Shown in pieces: positions 25,164-34,120 of a stretch of DNA of 54,836 bases; position 1 is the first letter of the stretch, and every line of letters starts with the position of its first letter. The translations under genes and the position numbers were made by a program. Origin of the DNA: Armatimonadota bacterium (GTDB lineage: Bacteria > Armatimonadota > DTGP01 > JAHWJO01); contig JBBRGS010000002.1 of the NCBI GenBank assembly GCA_038240635.1, forward strand, positions 1 to 54,836, written 5' to 3'. The notes beneath the pieces were generated by a model. It saw only the letters and a list, made by a program, of their open reading frames with translations. It was not told where the DNA came from and did no database searches.

Positions 25164-27167
25164 TCAGGTGAAGCGAAAGCAGAGCATGGTGATGTCGTCG
25201 CGCTGGGGGAGGTCCCCCTGGTAGGCTTTCAGCTCCTCCTCGAAGGCGTGGCGCTGCTCGGCGAGGGGTCGCGCGGAGTGGCGCTTCATCACCTCGGCGA
25301 ATCGTCGGTTGCCAAACCCGAACCCCCTGGGGCCGCCCGCCTGGTCCAGCAGGCCGTCGGTGGTCAGGTAGAAGGTCTGGTTCGGGTCGAGCAGCGTTTC
25401 GGTGGTGGTGAAGGTCGGGTTTCGCTTGCCGCCGATCGCGTAACGGGCGCCCCGCGATTCCCCTATAGTATGACCGTCACACCAGTACAAGGAGACTTTG
25501 GCGCCCGCAAACGAGACCTTCCGCGCCTGAAAGTCCACATAGGCGAACCCGGCGTCCATGTGGGTTGCCACCTGAGAGCGGTCGGCTTCGGTCTGGAGGA
25601 TGCATCGCACGCGCGTGTCGAGTTCGTGGAGGAGCCGGGCGGGATCGGTCAGGCCGTACATCTCGGTGGCGACGGTGATGGCGGTGTGGGCGACCATCGT
25701 CATCAGGGCGCCAGGGACGCCGTGGCCCGCGCAGTCCACTACGCCGAGAAGGCAGCCCTGATCGTCGGCGCGGTAGACGTAGAAGTCGCCGCTCACGATG
25801 TCGCGGGGCCGCCACAGGACGAAGTGGCTTTCGGCGAGGGAGCGCTGCATATCGCGGGCGGGGAGGAGGGCGTTTTGGATCATGCTGGCGTATTCGATGC
25901 TGTCGCCGATCTGCTTATGGGCCGCCGCCATCGCCTCATTCACCGTGACGAGTTCGTGGTTCACGGTGACGAGTTCGCGGGTTCGTTCCCGCACCTTGCC
26001 GTCCAGTTCCTCGGTGTGGGTGCGCACCCGCTCGGCCATGGCGCCAAAGGCCCGCGTCAGTTCGCCCAGTTCATCATCTGCGGCGGGCGGCAGGTCCACC
26101 GCGTAGTCTCCTGTCCCCATGCGTCGCACGGATCGGGTGAGACGAAGGAGGGGCGCCAGGGCCAGGCGATCCACCACCACGCTTCCGGCGATTACGATCA
26201 GGGCGAGGAGGACGATGCCCCCAATGACCAGGGGCAGCCAGAGGCCGCGGTCGAGGAGTCGGGCGGCGCTCAGGTCCACGGCGGTGAGGGCGAACCAGTG
26301 GAGTTCGGGGATGGAAGCGACGGCGAAGAGTTGACGCTGGCCGTCCAGATCGCCCCAGAAAGTGGGGAGGGCGTCGGGATGAGCCTGGGCGTCGCGGAGG
26401 GCGTCGCGGAGGGCATCGCGGTCTTCGGGGCGCGGCAACAGCCGATACAGGGTGTTGCCCCCGCCGTTCGCCTTGCTGACGGTGGAGTAGTCAATGAGGC
26501 GGCGGTCGGGATGGGCTTCGATGGCGCCCTGGGCGTTCACCATCATGGAGGTGACGCCTCGCTCGCCCCGGGCCATGTAGCGCCGCAGGAACGCCGTGAG
26601 GTCCAGCCCGCTGCCCACCACGCCGACGGGAACGCCGCCGTCGCGGGCGAGAACGTTGAACCAAACCTTGGTGGCGCCGGTGTCCACGTTGGCGTCCACG
26701 TTGATATTGAAGTCGTGGTTCGCTTTGAGGCTGCTGAAGAACCAGCTGTCCGCGGGACGGTTGGCCCGAAGGATTTGGCGGGGGCGTTCATCACGCTTAG
26801 AAGCGTCGTTGAAGAAGTATTCGCCGGTTTGCCGCACGGCGATGAACCAGGAATGATCGGCGAAGGCGCGGCGGTATCGCTCCGCTTCGGTGAAGAAGAG
26901 GCGTTTTTTCACGGGATTGAGCGCGTCGGCGAGCCAGTCGCGCGTGACCCCGGCGTCGGTGAGGCGCTGGGAGAGGGCGAGTTCCCGCGTGATGGGGGTG
27001 AGGATGCGCTGCCGGGAGAGTTGAGTGGCGTTGCGCGCGAACGCCATGCCCAGGTTGGCTTCCACCCGGCGGAGGATGCTCATGGCGGGCCAGGCGGCCA
27101 GCCCCGCGACGAGGATCAGGGTCGCGCCCAGCGCCACCACCGCCTTGGTTCTCAATCCTACTCTCAT
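25164..27167 (-). CDS. siaA: Membrane sensor PP2C phosphatase with HAMP domain (SiaA-like)
   Basis: ORF trimmed to the ATG at 27167 (GGTGGAG upstream). Layout is TM, a roughly 290-aa periplasmic region, TM, HAMP (LAPLLRLTRSVRRMGTGDY...ELGELTRAFGAMAERV), then a SpoIIE/PP2C domain (SGDFYVY, DCAGHGVPGALMTM, TDGLLDQ, DDITMLCFRF). Confidence 0.75.
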   Translation of the reverse strand: MRVGLRTKAVVALGATLILVAGLAAWPAMSILRRVEANLGMAFARNATQLSRQRILTPITRELALSQRLTDAGVTRDWLADALNPVKKRLFFTEAERYRRAFADHSWFIAVRQTGEYFFNDASKRDERPRQILRANRPADSWFFSSLKANHDFNINVDANVDTGATKVWFNVLARDGGVPVGVVGSGLDLTAFLRRYMARGERGVTSMMVNAQGAIEAHPDRRLIDYSTVSKANGGGNTLYRLLPRPEDRDALRDALRDAQAHPDALPTFWGDLDGQRQLFAVASIPELHWFALTAVDLSAARLLDRGLWLPLVIGGIVLLALIVIAGSVVVDRLALAPLLRLTRSVRRMGTGDYAVDLPPAADDELGELTRAFGAMAERVRTHTEELDGKVRERTRELVTVNHELVTVNEAMAAAHKQIGDSIEYASMIQNALLPARDMQRSLAESHFVLWRPRDIVSGDFYVYRADDQGCLLGVVDCAGHGVPGALMTMVAHTAITVATEMYGLTDPARLLHELDTRVRCILQTEADRSQVATHMDAGFAYVDFQARKVSFAGAKVSLYWCDGHTIGESRGARYAIGGKRNPTFTTTETLLDPNQTFYLTTDGLLDQAGGPRGFGFGNRRFAEVMKRHSARPLAEQRHAFEEELKAYQGDLPQRDDITMLCFRFT

Positions 27168-27368
27168 ACGCTCCACCTTCGGCGGCGCTCGCTTGCGGCG
27201 GCGCCCCCCGCCTGGGTTACACTGGCTGCGCTGCTCGTCTCTCTCGCCGCGCAAAACGGCCCCCATGGTTTATTACGGAACACCTTGAGGCCCTCTTAAG
27301 GCCTGAGAGTGACGAGACGCCGATTTGTGAAACTCTCCGCATCACTATGGCACGAAAGGCTCGCGCTC

Positions 27369-27866
27369 ATGCCCAAACTGCTCAACGGCCAGGACGCGCC
27401 CGACATCCGCCTCCTGGACACCGATGGCCAGCCGTGGAATCTGTCGGATTACCGGGGCAAAATGGTCATCATTCACGCCGGGCGCGGCTGCTACTGTCAC
27501 ACCACCCGCAGCGAATTCGCCCTCTGGAGCACGTTCAAGCACATCATCAATCCCATGAACTGCGAGCTGGTTTATATGGTGCGCGGCGGCCGGGAGCAGC
27601 ACAAGTCCTACCGCGACACCTGGAGTATTCGGCCCCGCATCCTGATTGATGAGGACGGCGCCGTCGGGGACGCGTACGATATTTATCAGCCTCACGCCGA
27701 CGAAGGCGTCGGCTATCCGGTCTACAAGGCGCCGTCGGTCTTTCTCATTGACCAGTATGGCAAGCTGTCGCAATTCTGGATTTTGAGCGGGCCGCGCGGC
27801 CGCCCCAGCCCGGAATGCCTGCTGGGGATTCTCGCCCTCGCCAAAGAGAACGACTGGACGTATTAG
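27369..27866 (+). CDS. Thioredoxin-fold redoxin (AhpC/TSA-like)
   Basis: ORF 27309-27866 trimmed to the ATG at 27369. DAPDIRLLDTDGQPWNLSDYRGKMVIIHAGRGCYCHTTRSEF fits a redoxin fold but has an atypical C-Y-C site. Confidence 0.55.
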   Translation: MPKLLNGQDAPDIRLLDTDGQPWNLSDYRGKMVIIHAGRGCYCHTTRSEFALWSTFKHIINPMNCELVYMVRGGREQHKSYRDTWSIRPRILIDEDGAVGDAYDIYQPHADEGVGYPVYKAPSVFLIDQYGKLSQFWILSGPRGRPSPECLLGILALAKENDWTY

Positions 27867-27887
27867 CGCGCCGCGCCTGCGGAGACG

Positions 27888-28907
27888 CTAACCCGCTCGT
27901 CCCGTAAACGCCTCGACCATGGCCGCCGCGTTGGCCATCGGAGTTTCGGCCTGAAGCGGCTTCGCGGGCGCGAGGATATAGCCGCCTCCTTGCCCCATCT
28001 CCGCCTTCAGCCGACCCACCTCCGCCCGAACCTCCTCCGGCGTCCCAAATGGCAGGGTGGACTGGCTGCCCAGAGCGCCCCAGAAGCCGATACGGTCGCC
28101 CCATTGCGCCTTCAGGCCGTACGGATTCATGCCTTCGGCTTCGGGCTGCACGCTTTCCAGCACGTCCATCCCGATCTCGATCATGTCCGGCATGATCTCC
28201 GCCACGGAGCCGCAGGAGTGGTGCATGACGAGTTTGCCCGCCGCGTGCACTCGCTCGTAGATGCGCGCCCAGCGAGGCTTGAGGAACCGTCGCCACCGCT
28301 TCGCGCCCAGGATGACGCCGCGCTGGCCGCCCCAGTCGTCGCCGAACAGAATGGCGTCCACCGGGAGGTCCGCCGTGTACTCCACAAAGGCGAGATAGAG
28401 TTCGGTGAGCCGGTCCAGCGCCTCTTCAAAGAAGTCAGGGACGGCCACGGCGTCCATCAGGGCGTTCTCGAATCCGCGCAGGCCCCATGTGCGCTCGAAG
28501 AGTCCCCAGCCCAGGTCGGCGACATGGTAGCTGTCGGGGGTCGCGGCGATTGTCTCCCGCGCGGCGGCTTTCCAGTCGGGCCGGAAGAAGGCGTCGGGTT
28601 TCGGGAAGGTGTAGCCTTCAAACGATGGCTCCGCGAGGGGCGGCGTTTCGAGATGCCACGGGCGCCGGTCGCTGCGCCAGAGGCCGCCGTAGCCGTCGCG
28701 GTAATGAGTGGCGTCCACCGGCGTGCGGAGATCGGTGTCCACCGCCGCCACTCGTGTGATGTAGGGGGTGATCCAGCCGCGCCACTCGGTGGAGCCGTAC
28801 CAGTCGTCCAGGCGAAGGTCCGTTTCGTCCTCGAACGCCACCGTGTAAGGGACCTCCGGCGTCTCCTCATGGGCCATGGCGGCCCGCATCACGTCGCGAG
28901 GGGTCAT
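27888..28907 (-). CDS. Uroporphyrinogen decarboxylase (URO-D) fold family protein
   Basis: ORF trimmed to the ATG at 28907 (AAGGAA upstream). The discarded N-terminal extension is Arg/Gly-rich shadow. HHSCGSVAEIMPDMIEIGMDVLESVQPEA and ILAPAKPLQAETP resemble URO-D/MtaA-type proteins. The start overlaps the stop of the upstream GH gene (ATGA). Confidence 0.7.
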   Translation of the reverse strand: MTPRDVMRAAMAHEETPEVPYTVAFEDETDLRLDDWYGSTEWRGWITPYITRVAAVDTDLRTPVDATHYRDGYGGLWRSDRRPWHLETPPLAEPSFEGYTFPKPDAFFRPDWKAAARETIAATPDSYHVADLGWGLFERTWGLRGFENALMDAVAVPDFFEEALDRLTELYLAFVEYTADLPVDAILFGDDWGGQRGVILGAKRWRRFLKPRWARIYERVHAAGKLVMHHSCGSVAEIMPDMIEIGMDVLESVQPEAEGMNPYGLKAQWGDRIGFWGALGSQSTLPFGTPEEVRAEVGRLKAEMGQGGGYILAPAKPLQAETPMANAAAMVEAFTGRAG

Positions 28908-30355
28908 TTCGTCGTTCCTTTCGGCTTTCCGGCGCGATGGACTACAGGCGTGCGCCGCAGGATCGTCGGCATCGGAGTCAGCGTGAGTTCGGCGCCGTCC
29001 GCCCCCACGGTGAGGGTTTTGCCTGGTCGCTTCCCGCGAGTGTAGTCCCACGGCAGCGTCTCCCAGCGTCCCGACGCCATGGGCAGGCGGACGGTCACGC
29101 TCGCGTCGGTCGCCGGAGTCTTCGGGTCCGGTCCCAGCCCGTCGTCGGCCCAGGCGAAGACGAGATCGCGCCCAGCCGCGTCCCGGAAGGCGTAGCCGTG
29201 CGCCTTCTCGCCCAGAGGGAGTTCCCGCACGAAGCGGGTCCCCGTCCGCAGGAGGAGTCCCACCGTGCCCATCGCGGTCCAGGCGTCCTTCATGACCGCG
29301 CCTTTGCCGTCGCTCGGCAGCCCGGTGAGGTCCCCGATGAGGCCCATCTCCTGCCAACTGGGATCGTTGAGGCCGTACCAGCAGACCGTGACGAGTCCCG
29401 CCGCCGCCGCCGCCACGTTCACCTTGAGGACCGCCGCCGCCTGCGTTCGCCCGGAGGGACTGCCCGGTAGCCCTCCTGTTACGCCCGATTCAGTGCAGAG
29501 GAATTGAGGCGGCGCCAGTTTGCGCTGAAGGTATTCGGCCTTCATCCGCCGCAGCATGGGGAGCAGGCCATCGCCGTGATAGACGTTGCTGTCCGAGGAC
29601 GGCCCGGCGTAGGAGTGGTAATCCACAAAATCGCAGTTGCGGTCGAGCGGATGCTTCCTGTCGTCGAGGAGCATGGCGAGGGTCTCCGGGAAGCAGAGTT
29701 GCATCCCGACTTTCGCGCGGGGATTGGCGGATTTCGCGGCGCGGTACGAGACCAACGCCAGCCGGGCGAGATCGCCGGTGTCTCGGCCCCACCAGTTGCG
29801 CCACATCTTTTGGTTGGCGACGGAAGGGCGTTCCGGCCAGGGCAGCCAGTCCGGCTCGTTCCAGACGGTGAACCATGTGACCTTCGGGGACCCCGGCGCG
29901 TCGTCTTTCCCGTCGGCGTCGAACCGCTCGACCACGCGGGCGACAAAGAGCGCCCATTCGTTCTTCGGGTTGAGGGGCGCGCCCGGCCTGCCGGTGTCCG
30001 TCCCGTCCGCGAAGACCGGCTCCCGAAGTCCTTCAGGCGGCTTCATGCCGGTTTCGGCGGTCCCGTCCGCGCGGCGATGTTCGGCGTCCTCGTTCATGAG
30101 GAAGAGGAGCGGGGTCCCGCCGACGCGGAGGAAGTCGTTCACCCAGCGGTCGGCGTGGTCGGGATACGGCCCCAGCAGGTCGCGCCGCACTCCGATGCGA
30201 GGCATGCGCGCGCCGGACCCGACGGCCCAGCCGCGCAGGGTCGCTTCGGAGACGTTGGGGGAGTAGGAGCTGTTGACGCCGACTTCGTAGCCGCGAACCG
30301 GCGTCGCTGCGAAGAGGAGCGCGAGGAGTAGCAGGGATTGGTGTCGGATTATCAT
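28904..30355 (-). CDS. Secreted TIM-barrel glycoside hydrolase-like protein (clan GH-A type NEP motif)
   Basis: Signal peptide MIIRHQSLLLLALLFAATPVRG. FTVWNEPDW is a typical acid/base NEP motif of clan-A glycosidases. GGAGGTGA RBS. Confidence 0.6.
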   Translation of the reverse strand: MIIRHQSLLLLALLFAATPVRGYEVGVNSSYSPNVSEATLRGWAVGSGARMPRIGVRRDLLGPYPDHADRWVNDFLRVGGTPLLFLMNEDAEHRRADGTAETGMKPPEGLREPVFADGTDTGRPGAPLNPKNEWALFVARVVERFDADGKDDAPGSPKVTWFTVWNEPDWLPWPERPSVANQKMWRNWWGRDTGDLARLALVSYRAAKSANPRAKVGMQLCFPETLAMLLDDRKHPLDRNCDFVDYHSYAGPSSDSNVYHGDGLLPMLRRMKAEYLQRKLAPPQFLCTESGVTGGLPGSPSGRTQAAAVLKVNVAAAAAGLVTVCWYGLNDPSWQEMGLIGDLTGLPSDGKGAVMKDAWTAMGTVGLLLRTGTRFVRELPLGEKAHGYAFRDAAGRDLVFAWADDGLGPDPKTPATDASVTVRLPMASGRWETLPWDYTRGKRPGKTLTVGADGAELTLTPMPTILRRTPVVHRAGKPKGTTK

Positions 30356-30394
30356 CAGGGTTCACCTCCAGGGTCCACCCAGGTCCAACCGCCA

Positions 30395-30847
30395 GGGTCA
30401 ACCTCCAACGCAGAGGACGCAGAGGACACAGAGAGCCGCAGAGAAACCCCAGGGGACTGAGGGGACTCAGGGGACTGAGGGGACTGAGGGGAGAGCGCTC
30501 AGAAGTCCGGGCGATTGAAACCGCTGCAACCCCCCCACGAAACCCGCCTGCGCGGGTTAGGGGGACGCTCATTGTCGGGTTGCGGGTTGAGGGTTCGCTC
30601 GTTCGCGGAGAGCTCCGGCGGGAAGGGAGTCGGCGGGAAGGGAGTCGGCGGGAAGGGAGTCGGCGAAGGCCGACTTTGTGCGGTTGTTGCAGCGGTTTCA
30701 ACCGCCGGTCTCCTCCATGCAAAGTCCCTGAGGCCACGGGAGGCGTTCACATCGGCGTCGTGTCTCCCCTCAGTCCCCTGAGTCCCCTCCCTCTCCAGGG
30801 GTTTCTCTGCGGCTCTCTGCGCGGCTCTCTGCGTTGGAGGTTAACCC
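30395..30847. repeat. Foldback (long-TIR, MITE-like) element, copy 2
   Basis: Termini are gggtcaacctccaacgcagag (30395-30415) and ctctgcgttggaggttaaccc (30827-30847), complementary at 20 of 21 positions. The arms (30395-30530 and 30686-30847) are homologous to copy 1, including 4x GGGGACT[G/C]A (30452-30487) and the same two internal hairpins. Confidence 0.8.
30617..30661. repeat. 3 x 15-nt perfect tandem repeat (ggcgggaagggagtc) inside copy 2
   Basis: Units lie at 30617, 30632 and 30647. Copy 1 has a single related unit (ggcgggagtc) at the equivalent position, just before the GTCGGC-gaag-GCCGAC hairpin. Confidence 0.9.
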
Positions 30848-30872
30848 TCTGGGCACGAACCCCGGCGGCGCC

Positions 30873-32381
30873 TCACACCGCCGCCGCCTTGCGCTCCTTC
30901 GCCTTGTCGGCTTCCTGGGCGTTTTTCGTGGCGGCGTCGCGGTCGGCCAGCATCTCTTCCACCGTTTTGGTGTGGAGTCGCGCCGCGCCGCGCGTGTCCC
31001 GCGTCGGAATCAGGTCGCCGCCCGCCATGTTTGCCTTCGCCGTCTCGATGGCGGCGCCATACTGCGGCAGCCACTCCGCCTGCGCGACCAGCAGCTCGTC
31101 CACCATCTGCCAGATTTCCGGCGGGTTGCAGACCGCCCCCGTCAGCGGGTCCATCATCATCGCCTGGCGCAGCAGGGTGTCATCGCCGTGAACCGCCGCC
31201 TCCACGCTCAGCCGCTGCACCGAAATACTCGCGTTGCAGACCGCCGCGCAGCCCAGGGGCAGGTCGCCCACGATGGGGATGCTCATCCCGTTGCCGTCCA
31301 CGTAGCCGGGGACCTCCACGATGGCGTCGGGCGGGAGGTTGGGGATGCAGCCGCCGTTCACCACGTTGAAGTGGCCGCGATAGACCCGCCCCGTCTCCAG
31401 CGCCTCCACGATGTAGCTGCCATGCTCGCTGCCCCGGTCCTCCGGGCGCACGGTGTACGGGTCGGCCTTCATCCAGTTGGGGAAGTCATGCTCGAACCAG
31501 TTGCGGCCTTCGGTGCAGACGCGCAGGTAGCCGCCCGTTTCGCCGTTAATCCAGCTGCCGAGGTCAATCCAGTCGTTGATTTCCTCCGGGCGCTTCCGAT
31601 ACCACGGCACATACTCGCTAAGGTGGCCGTTCGACTCGGTGCTGTAGTAGCCGAAGCGCCGCAGCATATCGATGCGGACCTTCTCGGTGGTGTTGAAGTC
31701 CGGGCACCGCTCGAACGCTTCGAGCAGCTCGCCGGTCATATCCTTCCCCTTGTGCCGTACGCCGATGTACCAGGTCTGGTGATTAATCCCGGCGCAGATG
31801 ATGTCCACTTCGTTCATCGGGAGGCCGAGGGCGTGGGCGATCTGGTGGTGGCCGCCGTGAACGCCGTGGCACAGGCCGATGGCTTTGACGCCGCCGCCGT
31901 ACTGATTGCAGGCCCAGGTGTTCATCGCCATCGGGTTGGAGTAGTTCATGAAGAGGCAGTCCGGCGCGGCGACCTCCTTGATGTCCCTGCAAAAGTCGAG
32001 GAGGACGGGGATGGTGCGCTGGCCATACATAATGCCGCCCGGCCCCAGGGTGTCGCCGACGCACTGATCCACGCCGTACTTCAGGGGGATGTCAATGTCG
32101 GTGGTAAACCCTTCGAGGCCGCCCACTCGGACGAAGGAGAAGACGTACTGGGCGCCTTCCAGTGCGCGGCGGCGGTCCATCTCGGCGGAGACGGTGGCGG
32201 CGAGGCCGTTCGACTCGATGTCGCGGCGGCAGAGCTGCAGCACCATGTCGAGGTTCTGCGCATTCAGGTCGTGGAAGGCGAACTCGGTGTCCTGAAGTTC
32301 CGGCACGCAGAGGAGGTCGCGGACCATCCCGCGCGTGAACCCGACACTTCCGGCGCCGATAACAGCGATTTTAAGGGGCAT
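30873..32381 (-). CDS. GH4 family NAD-dependent alpha-glucosidase/alpha-galactosidase
   Basis: MPLKIAVIGAGSVGFT is a Rossmann motif. Also FMNYSNPMA and IGLCHGVHG. 502 aa with a Lys/Ala-rich tail. Confidence 0.8.
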   Translation of the reverse strand: MPLKIAVIGAGSVGFTRGMVRDLLCVPELQDTEFAFHDLNAQNLDMVLQLCRRDIESNGLAATVSAEMDRRRALEGAQYVFSFVRVGGLEGFTTDIDIPLKYGVDQCVGDTLGPGGIMYGQRTIPVLLDFCRDIKEVAAPDCLFMNYSNPMAMNTWACNQYGGGVKAIGLCHGVHGGHHQIAHALGLPMNEVDIICAGINHQTWYIGVRHKGKDMTGELLEAFERCPDFNTTEKVRIDMLRRFGYYSTESNGHLSEYVPWYRKRPEEINDWIDLGSWINGETGGYLRVCTEGRNWFEHDFPNWMKADPYTVRPEDRGSEHGSYIVEALETGRVYRGHFNVVNGGCIPNLPPDAIVEVPGYVDGNGMSIPIVGDLPLGCAAVCNASISVQRLSVEAAVHGDDTLLRQAMMMDPLTGAVCNPPEIWQMVDELLVAQAEWLPQYGAAIETAKANMAGGDLIPTRDTRGAARLHTKTVEEMLADRDAATKNAQEADKAKERKAAAV

Positions 32382-32440
32382 ATGAGGACTCCAGCAGGTG
32401 TGTCCGAGTGAGGAGGAGCGGAGCGGGAAGGCGATCCGCG

Positions 32441-33484
32441 CTAGTTTAGCGTAGTGAGGATTTCAGAGATGCTGAAGGTGGCGCCGCAGATCACGGTGTC
32501 GCTCGCGCCGTAGTAGAGCGTCACGGTGTCGCCGTCCACCGTGTGGCCATTGGTGAAGACGACGTTGCCGAAGAAGCCGCGTTGCTCATACTCCTCCTTC
32601 GGTTCCATGATCGGCTCGCGGGAACGCGCCAGCACGCGAGAGGGATCGTCCAAATCCAGCAGCAGCGCGCCGAGGCAGTAGCGGCTGTCGCGGTCGGCGC
32701 CGTGATAGATGGCGAGCCAGCCCGCGTCGGTGCGGATCGGCGCGGCCCCGGCTCCCACGCGGCTTTCATCCCACTCGCCGGGGCGGGTGCGGAGGAGGGG
32801 CGTGTGGCGTCCCCAGTGGACAAGATCGGGCGAGGAGGCGAGCCAGATGAACGGCCCGCCGAGACCGCGGCCTTCGGGGCGGTGCAGGGCGTGGTAGAGG
32901 CCGTTCACCTTCTCCTCAAAGAGGGCGGTGTCCTTGTTGGGCGGGGGCAGGATAATCCCGCGCCGGTGAAACGTTGTCCAGTCGTCGGTGGTCTGGAGGG
33001 CGACACAAACGCCCCACTCGGAGACGGCGGTATACGTGAGGTGATACGTGTCGCCGATACGGCTCACGCGGCAATCCTCCACGCCGAACCGCTCCAGGGG
33101 ACCCTGCCCGATGAGGCAAGGCTGCGGCTCCACGGTGAAGCGCCGCCCATCCTCGCTGGAGGCGAGTCGAAGGTGCGAGAGCGTGGTGAGATACGCCTGC
33201 TCGTGATGGGAGAACATCCGGGGGTCGGTGTACGTAACGCCCGCGTCGAGAGAGAATTCGAGGGCGGAGACGCCGCCGGGCGCCGCGTCGTCGCAGACGA
33301 GGGTACTGACGAAGCCGTCTCGCTGCGGGGGCCGTTCGGCGACGCGCATGAGGAGCCAGGTTTTGCCGTCCCACTCGAAGACGCCGGGATTGAGCAGGCA
33401 GGCGACCTCCAGGCCGGGCTGGCTGGGCGGAATGTCGGACGGCGTGAGGAGCGGGTTTTCGGGAAAGCGGTGAGCGATGTCCAT
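32441..33484 (-). CDS. GH130 family glycoside phosphorylase/hydrolase (DUF377-type beta-propeller)
   Basis: PENPLLTP N-terminus, GAGAAPIRTDAGWLAIYHGAD, YCLGALLLDLDDPSRVLARSREPIMEP and GNVVFTNG. Confidence 0.7.
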   Translation of the reverse strand: MDIAHRFPENPLLTPSDIPPSQPGLEVACLLNPGVFEWDGKTWLLMRVAERPPQRDGFVSTLVCDDAAPGGVSALEFSLDAGVTYTDPRMFSHHEQAYLTTLSHLRLASSEDGRRFTVEPQPCLIGQGPLERFGVEDCRVSRIGDTYHLTYTAVSEWGVCVALQTTDDWTTFHRRGIILPPPNKDTALFEEKVNGLYHALHRPEGRGLGGPFIWLASSPDLVHWGRHTPLLRTRPGEWDESRVGAGAAPIRTDAGWLAIYHGADRDSRYCLGALLLDLDDPSRVLARSREPIMEPKEEYEQRGFFGNVVFTNGHTVDGDTVTLYYGASDTVICGATFSISEILTTLN

Positions 33485-33664
33485 AGGTTGGGAGGGAAGC
33501 GGCGGGGAGGGGGGGATGGAGAGAGTTCAAGGAAGCGGGGCGCGCGGGCGCTCCATCCCTTGTTTCGCCACCGCTGGCGCCTCTTCCCTGTAGGGCTTTC
33601 GGAAGCCTGAAGCGCCGCCACCGGGAGCGTTAGTAGCGCGGGTTTACCGGAAAGGCGCTAAGTG

Positions 33665-34120
33665 TTACTGATCGGATTTAACGACTCGCTCATCCACGTA
33701 AATGCGTTCTACCCAGCGGGGATGGAGGTGGTCGAAAACTTTGTCGGTCGTCATGAGCGTGAGGCCGAGCGCATGGGCGGTCGCCGCAATCCAGAGGTCA
33801 TTTTTCTGCATACGCACGGAAGGCCTCAGGGCGCCGGAATGGAAGTCCGTTTCCGCATAGGACCGGAGAATTTCCGAATCATGGATATCGGCGATGACCA
33901 GTTGCCTCAGGAGTTCGTCCAGTTGGCGAACCTTTGATTGTCCCCAGCCAAATTGTTTGACAAGCGCCAGCAATTCTCCGTAAGTGACCACGCTGATAAT
34001 GGGCTTCTCCGGTCGCGCCATCAACTGGTATCTGTTCTCAATCCATTCGCCCAGGAGGCCTCTCCGCGCGTAGGCGACACAGATATTGGTATCCAGTAAA
34101 AGCGGCCGGGAGTCCCTCAA
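33665..34120 (-). CDS. PIN-domain ribonuclease toxin (VapC-like)
   Basis: 151 aa. Acidic quartet contexts LLDTNICV, TYGELLAL, NDLWIAATA and MTTDKVF. The TTG start overlaps the upstream gene stop (TTGA at 34117-34120). Local GC is clearly lower than the surroundings. Confidence 0.8.
   Translation of the reverse strand: MRDSRPLLLDTNICVAYARRGLLGEWIENRYQLMARPEKPIISVVTYGELLALVKQFGWGQSKVRQLDELLRQLVIADIHDSEILRSYAETDFHSGALRPSVRMQKNDLWIAATAHALGLTLMTTDKVFDHLHPRWVERIYVDERVVKSDQ

Noticed and set aside
25248-27299. 683-aa plus-strand ORF
   Set aside because: It is antisense to the SiaA-like HAMP-PP2C gene. It is a shadow ORF.
28908-29357. 150-aa N-terminal extension of the URO-D-like ORF (likewise 4697-5071 for Smr, 5538-5753 for the amidase, 18211-18411 for hydF and 21118-21270 for hydG)
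   Set aside because: The extensions overlap the upstream genes, are Arg/Gly/Pro-rich, and precede internal ATGs that have RBS-like sequences and family-typical N-termini.
30834-32411. 525-aa plus-strand ORF (similar shadows at 38305-39948, 21156-22292, 17005-18291 and 20266-21171)
   Set aside because: All are antisense to genes with clear family motifs (GH4, ThyX-like, HydE, HydF, HydG), and their compositions are typical of GC shadows.
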